From positions 448,001 through 512,000 of the forward strand of contig CH464491.1 in NCBI GenBank assembly GCA_000002445.1: DNA of 64,000 nt. Direction: 5' to 3'. Position numbers and translations under genes: made by a program. The stretch comes from Trypanosoma brucei (lineage: Eukaryota). The notes beneath the pieces are model-generated. The model was not told the DNA's origin, searched no databases, and saw only the letters and a program-made list of their open reading frames with translations. Of the stretch, positions 9,715 through 19,678 are shown one piece after another. How positions within the stretch are numbered: the stretch's first letter is position 1; the number at the start of each line of letters is the position of its first letter.

Positions 9715-9956
9715 GCGTCTGTTGTGCATTCCCCCCATTTTCTTATCCACCTTCCCACCCAGATACCACAAACAAACCGCACGATCTCTCTTACACTTTC
9801 GAGCCAATACCGTCACCGAAAGTATACTGACAGACAGCCAGACAGGGTAAGATTTGGTTCTAATGACATAATGCTGCGTAGAGCAAAGGTAGTGGGGGGG
9901 GGAAAAAAAAGGATGTGGAGAGGGATGGAGGAAGGAAGGGAACGAGCTGCATAGCA

Positions 9957-10060
9957 GGCCATTGCTCAGCCGAAAGGTGATTTTTGATGTTCCGTTATCA
10001 ATGCATCGCTCAAACTGTTTGGACCTCGAACAACAATTATGCATCACAGCATCAGTGGCC
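9957..10060 (-). ncRNA. C/D box snoRNA candidate C
   Basis: Minus strand: GGCCA-CUGAUGC-U-GUGAUGC (two overlapping C-like boxes)...UGAUAA(C'-like)...CUGA(D box, 9966-9969)-GCAA-UGGCC. The 5-bp terminal stem is GGCCA/UGGCC. I did not recognise an rRNA target, and a 4-nt spacer separates the D box from the stem. Confidence 0.4.
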
Positions 10061-10179
10061 AAAAAGAAAACTAGTAGCACACATATACACACACACGAAC
10101 ATAAACATAAACATAAACAGGGATGAATGACCTATGAGGAAGAGGGTGGATAAAAACAAAATAATAAGGATGGATGATA

Positions 10180-10274
10180 CTCGATTCAGTGTGAGCTGAG
10201 TTAAAAATTATGTCTTCAAAATGGCTCTACTGCCGTCAGGCTGACAGGAAACTATTGACTGTCATCATTAGAGG
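10180..10274 (-). ncRNA. C/D box snoRNA candidate A, copy 2
   Basis: Repeat copy of 9196..9290 (offset +984). C box complement tcatcat at 10262-10268. The sequence appears identical. Confidence 0.75.
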
Positions 10275-10309
10275 GGAAGATAATGCATTTGAGTGCCAAA
10301 ACTACAAAT

Positions 10310-10384
10310 GGCTCTCGCGCAACAGGACAGGGGCCACATCCCCACGGCATTAAATGGTTGCCACTGGCCCAAGGGATGCTGCGC
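10310..10384 (-). ncRNA. H/ACA-like snoRNA candidate 1, copy 2
   Basis: Repeat copy of 9326..9400 (offset +984). Confidence 0.6.
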
Positions 10385-10437
10385 TGTATTGTTTCAACAG
10401 CACATAAGCAAAAACACATAAATATGTGCAACACCGA

Positions 10438-10501
10438 TTATCTCGGGATGCTGATGCTCCCACTCGCCTACATATGAAGGCAGTGGGTCTCAATGCATAC
10501 C
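10438..10501 (-). ncRNA. H/ACA-like snoRNA candidate 2, copy 3
   Basis: Repeat copy (offset +984). ttatctcg at 10438-10445. Confidence 0.55.
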
Positions 10502-10592
10502 TCGTTAAATGTGAACCCAACGATAACGATATTCTGTGGGACAGATTCAAATAGATGAGACAACAGAGTAGTGTGCAGGCATTCGATACGTA

Positions 10593-10698
10593 CAACAGTC
10601 AGACCTGTTGAGTTTGATTTAGTATTCAATAAGCGCGCTCATAAAGTAAGGCATATTGACCTTCACGTACACATAATCGTTGTTTCCATCACACTGCC
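10593..10698 (-). ncRNA. C/D box snoRNA candidate B, copy 3
   Basis: Repeat copy (offset +984). Confidence 0.5.
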
Positions 10699-10942
10699 GC
10701 GTCTGTTGTGCATTCCCCCCATTTTCTTATCCACCTTCCCACCCAGATACCACAAACAAACCGCATGATCTCTCTTACACTTTCGAGCCAATACCGTCAC
10801 CGAAAGTATACTGACAGGCAGCCAGACAGGGTAAGATTTGGTTCTAATGACATAATGCTGCGTAGAGCAAAGGTAGTGGGGGGGGGGGAAAAAAAAGGAT
10901 GTGGAGAGGGATGGAGGAAGGAAGGGAACGAGCTGCATAGCA

Positions 10943-11046
10943 GGCCATTGCTCAGCCGAAAGGTGATTTTTGATGTTCCGTTATCAATGCATCGCTCAAA
11001 CTGTTTGGACCTCGAACAACAATTATGCATCACAGCATCAGTGGCC
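10943..11046 (-). ncRNA. C/D box snoRNA candidate C, copy 3
   Basis: Repeat copy (offset +986). ggcc starts at 10943. Confidence 0.4.
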
Positions 11047-11166
11047 AAAAAGAAAACTAGTAGCACACATATACACACACACGAACATAAACATAAACAT
11101 AAACACGGGATGAATGACCTATGAGGAAGAGGGTGGATAAAAACAAAATAATAAGGATGGATGATA

Positions 11167-11261
11167 CTCGATTCAGTGTGAGCTGAGTTAAAAATTATGT
11201 CTTCAAAATGGCTCTACTGCCGTCAGGCTGACAGGAAACTATTGACTGTCATCATTAGAGG
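11167..11261 (-). ncRNA. C/D box snoRNA candidate A, copy 3
   Basis: Repeat copy (offset +1971). D box complement tcag at 11173-11176. Confidence 0.75.
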
Positions 11262-11296
11262 GGAAGATAATGCATTTGAGTGCCAAAACTACAAAT

Positions 11297-11371
11297 GGCT
11301 CTCGCGCAACAGGACAGGGGCCACATCCCCACGGCATTAAATGGTTGCCACTGGCCCAAGGGATGCTGCGC
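11297..11371 (-). ncRNA. H/ACA-like snoRNA candidate 1, copy 3
   Basis: Repeat copy (offset +1971). Confidence 0.6.
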
Positions 11372-11424
11372 TGTATTGTTTCAACAGCACATAAGCAAAA
11401 ACACATAAATATGTGCAACACCGA

Positions 11425-11488
11425 TTATCTCGGGATGCTGATGCTCCCACTCGCCTACATATGAAGGCAGTGGGTCTCAATGCATACC
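11425..11488 (-). ncRNA. H/ACA-like snoRNA candidate 2, copy 4
   Basis: Repeat copy (offset +1971). Confidence 0.55.
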
Positions 11489-11579
11489 TCGTTAAATGTG
11501 AACCCAACGATAACGATATTCTGTGGGACAGATTCAAATAGATGAGACAACAGAGTAGTGTGCAGGCATTCAATACGTA

Positions 11580-11685
11580 CAACAGTCAGACCTGTTGAGT
11601 TTGATTTAGTATTCAATAAGCGCGCTCATAAAGTAAGGCATATTGACCTTCACGTACACATAATCGTTGTTTCCATCACACTGCC
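11580..11685 (-). ncRNA. C/D box snoRNA candidate B, copy 4
   Basis: Repeat copy (offset +1971). Confidence 0.5.
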
Positions 11686-11926
11686 GCGTCTGTTGTGCAT
11701 TCCCCCCATTTTCTTATCCACCTTCCCACCCAGATACCACAAACAAACCGCATGATCTCTCTTACACTTTCGAGCCAATACCGTCACCGAAAGTATACTG
11801 ACAGGCAGCTAGACAGGGTAAGATTTGGTTCTAATGACATAATGCTGCGTAGAGCAAAGGTAGTGGGGGGGGAAAAAAAAGGATGTGGAGAGGGATGGAG
11901 GGAGGAAGGGAACGAGCTGCATAGCA

Positions 11927-12030
11927 GGCCATTGCTCAGCCGAAAGGTGATTTTTGATGTTCCGTTATCAATGCATCGCTCAAACTGTTTGGACCTCGAA
12001 CAACAATTATGCATCACAGCATCAGTGGCC
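11927..12030 (-). ncRNA. C/D box snoRNA candidate C, copy 4
   Basis: Repeat copy (offset +1970). ggcc starts at 11927. Confidence 0.4.
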
Positions 12031-12155
12031 AAAAAGAAAACTAGTAGCACACATATACACACACACGAACATAAACATAAACATAAACATAAACAGGGAT
12101 GAATGACCTATGAGGAAGAGGGTGGATAAAAACAAAATAATAAGGATGGATGATA

Positions 12156-12250
12156 CTCGATTCAGTGTGAGCTGAGTTAAAAATTATGTCTTCAAAATGG
12201 CTCTACTGCCGTCAGGCTGACAGGAAACTATTGACTGTCATCATTAGAGG
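12156..12250 (-). ncRNA. C/D box snoRNA candidate A, copy 4
   Basis: Repeat copy (offset +2960). D box complement tcag at 12162-12165. Confidence 0.75.
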
Positions 12251-12285
12251 GGAAGATAATGCATTTGAGTGCCAAAACTACAAAT

Positions 12286-12360
12286 GGCTCTCGCGCAACA
12301 GGACAGGGGCCACATCCCCACGGCATTAAATGGTTGCCACTGGCCCAAGGGATGCTGCGC
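12286..12360 (-). ncRNA. H/ACA-like snoRNA candidate 1, copy 4
   Basis: Repeat copy (offset +2960). Confidence 0.6.
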
Positions 12361-12413
12361 TGTATTGTTTCAACAGCACATAAGCAAAAACACATAAATA
12401 TGTGCAACACCGA

Positions 12414-12477
12414 TTATCTCGGGATGCTGATGCTCCCACTCGCCTACATATGAAGGCAGTGGGTCTCAATGCATACC
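12414..12477 (-). ncRNA. H/ACA-like snoRNA candidate 2, copy 5
   Basis: Repeat copy (offset +2960). Confidence 0.55.
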
Positions 12478-12568
12478 TCGTTAAATGTGAACCCAACGAT
12501 AACGATATTCTGTGGGACAGATTCAAATAGATGAGACAACAGAGTAGTGTGCAGGCATTCAATACGTA

Positions 12569-12674
12569 CAACAGTCAGACCTGTTGAGTTTGATTTAGTA
12601 TTCAATAAGCGCGCTCATAAAGTAAGGCATATTGACCTTCACGTACACATAATCGTTGTTTCCATCACACTGCC
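12569..12674 (-). ncRNA. C/D box snoRNA candidate B, copy 5
   Basis: Repeat copy (offset +2960). A sixth copy at 13558-13605 is truncated by the array boundary and lacks the C box. Confidence 0.5.
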
Positions 12675-12915
12675 GCGTCTGTTGTGCATTCCCCCCATTT
12701 TCTTATCCACCTTCCCACCCAGATACCACAAACAAACCGCACGATCTCTCTTACACTTTCGAGCCAATACCGTCACCGAAAGTATACTGACAGGCAGCTA
12801 GACAGGGTAAGATTTGGTTCTAATGACATAATGCTGCGTAGAGCAAAGGTAGTGGGGGGGGAAAAAAAAGGATGTGGAGAGGGATGGAGGAAGGAAGGGA
12901 ACGAGCTGCATAGCA

Positions 12916-13019
12916 GGCCATTGCTCAGCCGAAAGGTGATTTTTGATGTTCCGTTATCAATGCATCGCTCAAACTGTTTGGACCTCGAACAACAATTATG
13001 CATCACAGCATCAGTGGCC
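12916..13019 (-). ncRNA. C/D box snoRNA candidate C, copy 5
   Basis: Repeat copy (offset +2959). ggcc starts at 12916. Confidence 0.4.
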
Positions 13020-13144
13020 AAAAAGAAAACTAGTAGCACACATATACACACACACGAACATAAACATAAACATAAACATAAACAGGGATGAATGACCTAT
13101 GAGGAAGAGGGTGGATAAAAACAAAATAATAAGGATGGATGATA

Positions 13145-13239
13145 CTCGATTCAGTGTGAGCTGAGTTAAAAATTATGTCTTCAAAATGGCTCTACTGCCG
13201 TCAGGCTGACAGGAAACTATTGACTGTCATCATTAGAGG
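13145..13239 (-). ncRNA. C/D box snoRNA candidate A, copy 5
   Basis: Repeat copy (offset +3949). D box complement tcag at 13151-13154. Confidence 0.75.
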
Positions 13240-13274
13240 GGAAGATAATGCATTTGAGTGCCAAAACTACAAAT

Positions 13275-13349
13275 GGCTCTCGCGCAACAGGACAGGGGCC
13301 ACATCCCCACGGCATTAAATGGTTGCCACTGGCCCAAGGGATGCTGCGC
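13275..13349 (-). ncRNA. H/ACA-like snoRNA candidate 1, copy 5
   Basis: Repeat copy (offset +3949). ggctct starts at 13275. Confidence 0.6.
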
Positions 13350-13402
13350 TGTATTGTTTCAACAGCACATAAGCAAAAACACATAAATATGTGCAACACC
13401 GA

Positions 13403-13466
13403 TTATCTCGGGATGCTGATGCTCCCATTCGCCTACATATGAAGGCAGTGGGTCTCAATGCATACC
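13403..13466 (-). ncRNA. H/ACA-like snoRNA candidate 2, copy 6 (variant)
   Basis: Repeat copy (offset +3949). It carries a substitution (gctcccattcgcc versus gctcccactcgcc) that creates a C/A mismatch in the predicted upper stem. Confidence 0.45.
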
Positions 13467-14826
13467 TCGTTAAATGTGAACCCAACGATAACGATATTCT
13501 GTGGGACAGATTCAAATAGATGAGACAACAGAGTAGTGTGCAGGCATTCAATACGTACAACAGTCAGACCTGTTGAGTTTGATTTAGTATTCAATAAGCG
13601 CGCTCTTTTTTTTTGGGAGAGGGTTACTTCTATTTGCTATATTATTTTTCTTGAACTGCAATGCCTTGCGTGAAGAAAATTATGAGGTGAAAAAAAAAGG
13701 TGTCAAGTTTTTGCTGTTATGGAATTGGTTTTTTTAATGCTTACTTGCTAAACTTTTTTTTTTTGGAGCAGAAGTGTTTACACATTTTCTTTTTTTCAAC
13801 TCATCATCCTGTCTTCCATTTTGTTATGTAACTGATCTTTATACAAATAAGAATGGATATTTGCAATGGAGAACGTATCGGTAGGATGGATGTGAGTTCT
13901 GACCCTTTATTCTGTGATCAGTTGTGGGATTTGCAATATATCTCTCGTGCGTTTTTTTAGAAAAAATATACCAAAGGATGAACAACTTAATGGTAAACGT
14001 TGGATCTTTTCTGCCGAATTTTTTCTTTCTTTTCTTCCATAACTTTTTTTTCTTGGAAGGTGGTTCTTTTCTTAACTTCTACCAAAGCATCGCCGCGTTA
14101 TGCAGTGCAAAGAGGCGAGTTTTTTTTATGTCGATCGAACCACCCTTTAAAAACAAGCAAAACCACGGATACGTAAACGTGTTAATGAGGTTGAGTGATA
14201 GCTTTTGTGACCAATCACCTCACGTGTGGTAACGGTAAGTAAAACAAAACGATGTAAAATGCGGCAAGGCAACAACGCATATGCGCAGTCACTTATATAC
14301 GAACAAATAACGAAATGACATATATATAATGGCAATTCATAAAAAGTGAGAGTAACCATGCCTTTGCAGTTGTGGAATCGTTGTTTTCCCTATTTCATCG
14401 ATTCCCTTGGTGGTTTGCCTTCATATGAAGCTGTGTCGGGCGCTTTCGACATACCCATCAATGCAACAATTCAAACTTGCACTCAGTCACTTTTTCCTTT
14501 TCCCCGTATCGGCGTGAGCTCTACGCTATTTCTCCTCCACTCTGTAGATATTGAGACGCTTGAACGATAACGTATATGAAATGCCCAGCAGTTGCAACCG
14601 CAAGCTTACACATGGATCACTGGACCTTTCCCATGCATAAAGCTAAATGCCATCTCCGAGGCAAGGCAAGAGAGTCGTGAAATACATGATCAAACGAAAA
14701 AATACGAAATGAGGCGACAAACGGCGGACTTCGCTCCGCCCAATAACTCAAATAAATAACACGCACCATATCCTGATTGCTTTACATAACATCCATCTCG
14801 CCACCCCTCGTCAGAACAAACAATTC

Positions 14827-16101
14827 TTAAAGACTGTTGATCAAATCTTTCGTAATGTTCTTGTGATGTGCCTCGAGTGTGCCGCCGCCGATCTCAAGCA
14901 ACTTCGCATCCCGCCACAGCCGCTCCACCGGCATATCACGCGCATATCCCATACCACCCATAACTTGCATGGCGTTGTCAGCCGCCCGCTTCGCAACAGG
15001 CGCTGCAAACAATTTTACCGCATCGCTCCCCAGGCGGTTGCAATTTCCTGGCGCCACACTCCTGCTTACAGCATATGTAAGTGATTTGGCCGCCTCCGTT
15101 TCTGCAAACGTCTCGGCAATGTAGCGCTGAATCTGTCCATAATTCCAAATGTGTTTACCAAACGTCTTACGCTCATTGGCATAACACGTCATGAGTTCCA
15201 CGCAACGATCAGCAATACCCACCGCCATTGCGGCCAATGTGAGACGCTCAACCTCCAGGTTACGCATCATTGCCACAAGCCCTTTCCCTTCAGTGCCGAG
15301 CAGATTCTCCTCTCCAAGCACCACATTATCGAAGAAAAGTTGACACATGTGAGACCCACGCATGCCGCACTTGTCAATCTTCTTCCCCACAGAAAACCCC
15401 GATGCACCCTTCTCTACAACGAACGCGGTGATTTTGCCGTCAACCTTTGCATACACAAGAACAAGGTCAGCAACGGTACCATTTGTCACCCACGTCTTGC
15501 CACCGTTAAGAATATACTTTCCATTACTTTCTTTTGTCGCAGTGGTCAGCATACCAAGAACATCTGTACCCGCACCGGGTTCCGACATGCCCATTGCACC
15601 TATGTGCTCGCCTGTAAGCACTTTGGGGAGCCACCGCTCCCGTTGTGCCGCTGTGGAAGCATGATAGAAGTTGTTCACAAAAAGCATCGAGTGAGCCAAG
15701 TAGGCGAGACAAAAGCCTGGATCCACTTTGGAAAGCTCGTGGTGGATAACAACCGCTGCCGTGGCGTCCATTCCAGCACCACCGTCTCCCTCAGGAATGG
15801 TTACACCGAGTACACCAAGGTCACCCAACTCGCGTAGGAGATCAACATTAAAATGCATGTCAATATCGCTCTGTTTTGCCTGCGTTTCAACCCGCTCCGC
15901 TGCGAATCTTTGAACCGTTTCACGCAGCATCTTGTGTTCAGGTGTTGGGTTTAAAAGATAATCCAAGTTAACGGTCGTCGAAGGAGAGAAAAAACGGAGA
16001 CCACATGGTGCTACCAGCGCAGTGTAGTGTCGTCTAATAGACGCTAAACGATACGAGCGCATGCTCAACAGGGGGAAATGAAACAAAACGCTCAAATTCA
16101 A
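14827..16101 (-). CDS. IVD: Isovaleryl-CoA dehydrogenase (acyl-CoA dehydrogenase family), mitochondrial
   Basis: 424-aa ORF with ACAD signatures GMSEPGAGTD and GGKTWVTNG. It has the IVD-type arrangement: Glu in NLEVERLTLA (compare DLERLVLA) and EIGGGTLEAH (compare YEIGAGTSEV). An Arg-rich presequence suggests the real start may be Met14 (16062). Confidence 0.85.
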   Translation of the reverse strand: MNLSVLFHFPLLSMRSYRLASIRRHYTALVAPCGLRFFSPSTTVNLDYLLNPTPEHKMLRETVQRFAAERVETQAKQSDIDMHFNVDLLRELGDLGVLGVTIPEGDGGAGMDATAAVVIHHELSKVDPGFCLAYLAHSMLFVNNFYHASTAAQRERWLPKVLTGEHIGAMGMSEPGAGTDVLGMLTTATKESNGKYILNGGKTWVTNGTVADLVLVYAKVDGKITAFVVEKGASGFSVGKKIDKCGMRGSHMCQLFFDNVVLGEENLLGTEGKGLVAMMRNLEVERLTLAAMAVGIADRCVELMTCYANERKTFGKHIWNYGQIQRYIAETFAETEAAKSLTYAVSRSVAPGNCNRLGSDAVKLFAAPVAKRAADNAMQVMGGMGYARDMPVERLWRDAKLLEIGGGTLEAHHKNITKDLINSL

Positions 16102-16838
16102 TAAGGCTCCTGTTTTCCCCCTCTTTTAATTCCCCACAAGTACAAGTTTCTTTTTCGATAATACCAACGAGATGCCGCAACAATCCACTACCCTCCCGGT
16201 AGTGTCAGCAGTTTCCCCCTTAATTTTCCACTTCCCCCACGATTATCCTCTACCCACCAGTTGGCTGCGCAGCGTCTAAGCACAGCACAAACAGTCACCG
16301 GCGCGTGAAAAAAAAAAAACTTATTCTGTCAAAGGTTTGTCGTCCGATGGCCTCCCGTTTTCGCTTGTTTTTATCCCTACTACTTTTCCCTTCCCTTCAA
16401 TTTTTTTTCAGGCACTGCGTATTTTGGGATGCAACGATGTGTGCAGACACTATCGAGGGAAGAACGAAAGATAGGAAGAAGGCTACAAAACAACAAGTGT
16501 ATTACTAAAAGTGAAGCAGAAGCAAATCCACAGCAAAAAAGGGAGCTCATGTAAACCTCCCCCCCCCTTCTTTTACAGGAAGCCACAAAGTGAGGGGAGC
16601 GATGCGGTCAGCTCACGCTTGCACAAGATCAAACAACAACAACCACAACAACCGACAAATAAGGTAGCGACACTTCCCTTCCTCGAACCAATCCTTCGTC
16701 CCTCTTCTCCAGCTCAGTTTCCAACCACTTTGCCGTTACCGAACCCGACAATATACCTCAAAACCGACACAAACAATATCAGGGAGAACGTACCGCCGTA
16801 GTTTTAAAACATACAAACTGCTTTATGCCATCAGCCAT

Positions 16839-18413
16839 TCATTTTACACCTCCATCGCAGACTCGCACATCTGCAACTGCTTGCTTCTCGGGATGAAAGC
16901 TCATGAAAGTAATCTTCCCATCCTCACTCTCCAAGAACCTCATGTGTCGCACCTGCAGCAGGTCCTGCTCCGCAGCAGTCAATTCATCCACCTTCACCTG
17001 AGACATTAAGCGACGCGTTTCATCCAACAGGAACTCTGAAGAGAAAGAGTTCGTCAACTTTTCACCCTGGTTAACGCTCTCCTCTTTTATTACCATGTGA
17101 ATTGGAGAAGAAAAGCGACCACGGAGCCCCAATACAGCAATGCATTGTTCCAACGGTGAAAAGCACGGTAGAGGGGATTCCGACACGGGTCGGATCTTTC
17201 CTAACAATCCCTTAACGTGCGATGCTCCCTTCAGCATCCCCGCTGTCGGTTTCTTCGTATGTGCTCGAAATTTGTAATCGTAGCACTGACCGGCCACGAT
17301 GGATCTGAGAGCCCACACTGCACCTTTCAACAGCTCCACACCTTCCTCTATCGCCTCCCTCGAGAGTGGGGACTCCTTCATTGTCATTTGTTTAATTTTA
17401 GACATGTACTTGGCCGGTGAACTGACGTCTTTCACTGCCATTACGGCGCGCAGAAACTCAATATCCACATCGAAACCCTCTCCACGTATGAGTGATCTCT
17501 TAAAATAACCACAGTGGAGACGAAGTTCTCTGTAACGACGCCAGAAAACAAGAGCCACCTTTCCAATTCCCTCAAACCAGTCGCCTCCACTAAGCAGCAT
17601 TAGGAAGACGAAATCAATACGATACGACGGTAACAAATCGGGTCGTATTTGATTCCCCGGTGAAGACGACCCCCAGTGTTTGAAAAGTTCACCAACATCG
17701 GTCAGAGCGTAGTCTCGGGGATCCACTATGGTGAATTTGGTATATGGAGTGCAGGCAACACCAACTAGCACCAAGTCGGAATCATTTCCGACGACTATAA
17801 TTTCATCATCTCCCGTATATGTTTGTGACTTCCGTTGCTCCAGCCAGATGGTACGCAAGACACAAACCACTTTTAGCTCGCCTTCACCACCTTCAGCGCA
17901 GCCACTCATAATAATTGTGTAATTCCTTCCCTCTCCCGGTGGCACACAAAATTCACCACCAATCCCAAATGCACATCTCACCGCATCTTCGCACGCAAGT
18001 AAAAATTCAGACCCCGCGATAATTTCTTCGCGTGAAAATGAGATTTCCTGCCCAATGTAGTCGTGATTGTATCTTAACTCGAGCGAACTTGTACACTCGC
18101 TACTGTGTCGCTTGTTATACGATGCACGCCGGGTCTTCTGTGTCTGAAGTTTGGCGCAAGGCGCAACCCCGTCAAAGAGAATCACAAGGGTTTCACTGGG
18201 GGGAAATGCGGAAATGAGCTTCTGCACAGCCTCAACTACTCCTTCAATCACTGACTTGGTGGTGAAAACATTGGTTGGCACGATATAATGAACAATGGCA
18301 TTCATATCTAAAAGCAGGTGGTTGGTCCTCTTGACGACACCGTCCCTGCCCCTGCTCGAACTTCTGACGAGACCATGTTTCTCGACATAATTTCGTAGCC
18401 CCTTGGTGCCCAT
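16839..18413 (-). CDS. Compact, divergent XRN-family 5'-3' exoribonuclease-like protein
   Basis: 524-aa ORF. Its motifs match XRN N-terminal motifs: LLLDMNAIVHY (LYLDMNGIIH), LFDGVAPCAKLQTQKTRR (DGVAPRAKMNQQRSRR), EGGEGELKV (PGEGEHKI) and GNDSDLVLVG (GLDADLIML). All catalytic acidic positions appear to be retained. Confidence 0.65.
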   Translation of the reverse strand: MGTKGLRNYVEKHGLVRSSSRGRDGVVKRTNHLLLDMNAIVHYIVPTNVFTTKSVIEGVVEAVQKLISAFPPSETLVILFDGVAPCAKLQTQKTRRASYNKRHSSECTSSLELRYNHDYIGQEISFSREEIIAGSEFLLACEDAVRCAFGIGGEFCVPPGEGRNYTIIMSGCAEGGEGELKVVCVLRTIWLEQRKSQTYTGDDEIIVVGNDSDLVLVGVACTPYTKFTIVDPRDYALTDVGELFKHWGSSSPGNQIRPDLLPSYRIDFVFLMLLSGGDWFEGIGKVALVFWRRYRELRLHCGYFKRSLIRGEGFDVDIEFLRAVMAVKDVSSPAKYMSKIKQMTMKESPLSREAIEEGVELLKGAVWALRSIVAGQCYDYKFRAHTKKPTAGMLKGASHVKGLLGKIRPVSESPLPCFSPLEQCIAVLGLRGRFSSPIHMVIKEESVNQGEKLTNSFSSEFLLDETRRLMSQVKVDELTAAEQDLLQVRHMRFLESEDGKITFMSFHPEKQAVADVRVCDGGVK

Positions 18414-19678
18414 AACAATTTTCTCTGTGGCACCTTCCCTTCAAAAATAAACAAATAAATAAACGCAGTTTAGGGTAGCGTAGAGTAGTGTAAACGGGAA
18501 GAAAAAGTAAACTCAGCACTGGAGCAACGGCCCTTGCATGCGAAAACAAGTGCACTGAGGGAAAGAAAAGGTGCTATTTCTTTAGGAACCGGAATGTAAA
18601 TTACAGCATCTGAGTAAAAATTCGGGCAATCAGTAAAACCGCAGAACATCGAAAAGAGGCGGTTATTTCACGGAGGAAATGGCACACAGATTATGATAAG
18701 GCAATGTTTTCCGTGGTTCCGCCACAAGCGCGCACCACCTAGTGGGAGACACGGTGAAGTTGAATGTCAACACGACAATTTATAAAATTCTCATTCCGAA
18801 AAGTTCTATAAACGGTCATCACATTCACACGTTGCTCCTCTGACAATATGAAAACTGATTGAGCCGCATTAAACATCATTTCATGTACATCTCTCACCTT
18901 AATCACTTATTTACTGGATTCTCGGTAGTAAAGTCGCTCCATGTTTTGCGAAGATGCCTCCACACACACACGCACACACGCCTACAGTAGCACCAAATTG
19001 CATGAAACATTTCTGAATGTAATGAGTCATTAAGACATAAAAACATATGAACATATAAATATATATATATTTATATGTTTTTATGGGTGTACGGATGAAG
19101 TAACACCACGACATTTGTGCTCGCACCACCGCAAGCAGATTCAACCTTAATGATTTTCACCAGCTCTGGATTTACAATCATCAGCACCTGCTTTACTGTA
19201 TTAATGCACCGTTAGGCGAGCTAAACGTATGCACACACATTTCTCCCCTTCTTTATGGTATTTTTTTTCTTTTCGGTTTTGACTCAACAGAAATGAATAC
19301 CTTGTATACCTTTACTCTTCAACATTACCGAAAGTGATGAAAGTGTTGAATTATTATTATTATTATTTTGACGGTTGTGCGCGTATGTCCGTACGGCATC
19401 TGTCCACTTTCCCCCATCTAAAAAAAAAAAACAGCTCAACCTTGCCCACTTTGTTTTTTATTTCCTCCACAACCACTCCATCCTTCCCCACTCGAGCAAA
19501 CCACATCCCTTCCAGACATACTTTTTCTTTTTCTTTTCATGCCTTTGTCCATGTGGTGATGATAATTGTTATTAGCGTAAAATAACAAGACGTAAAACAT
19601 GAAAAAATAAATAAATAAAAATAAAGATAAAAATGAAGATAAAAAAGGAAGCGTGGAAAGGCATCACCTGAATTACAA

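Larger units (their letters stand above)
8430..13605. repeat. Tandem array, about 5.2 copies of a 984-991 bp unit (reiterated snoRNA cluster)
   Basis: Phase-matched landmarks at 8596/9587/10571/11558/12547 and at 9268/10252/11239/12228/13217 give unit lengths of 991, 984, 987, 989 and 989 bp. Units are near-identical apart from SNPs, G-run length (10, 9, 11, 8, 8) and (ATAAAC)n copy number (4, 3, 3, 4, 4). Homology starts at ~8430 and ends abruptly at 13605 before a T-run. Confidence 0.97.

Noticed and set aside
9795-9823. The ACTTTCG/CGAAAGT hairpin followed by GUAAGAGAG as a third H/ACA-like snoRNA.
   Set aside because: The AGA motifs lie only 3-7 nt from the stem, not the expected 14-16 nt. 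There is no bipartite stem-pocket architecture and the hairpin is too small.
10122-10200. Plus-strand C/D-like arrangement (GGATGAATGA ... GGATGATAC ... GCTGAG) within each unit.
   Set aside because: The C-like boxes are imperfect (AUGAAUGA, UGAUAC). The CTGA is simply the complement region of candidate A's guide. The plus strand is antisense to the surrounding transcription unit.
8430-13605. The repeated ORF sets inside the tandem array (for example 9679..10092, 10708..11124, 11695..12102) as a multicopy protein family, or the array as a CRISPR-like locus.
   Set aside because: The ORFs are short and occur on both strands. Their lengths and frames change between copies through homopolymer length changes. 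The ~1-kb units have no short direct-repeat/spacer organisation, and the context is eukaryotic. The snoRNA interpretation explains the conserved parts better.
15151-15837. Long antisense (plus-strand) ORFs opposite real genes: 15151..15837, 19775..20614, 22176..22685, 22689..23231, 47171..48124, 42404..42916.
   Set aside because: They fully overlap strongly supported minus-strand genes, have odd Ser/Arg/Cys-rich composition and show no recognisable motifs. Such shadow ORFs are expected opposite GC-balanced coding sequence.
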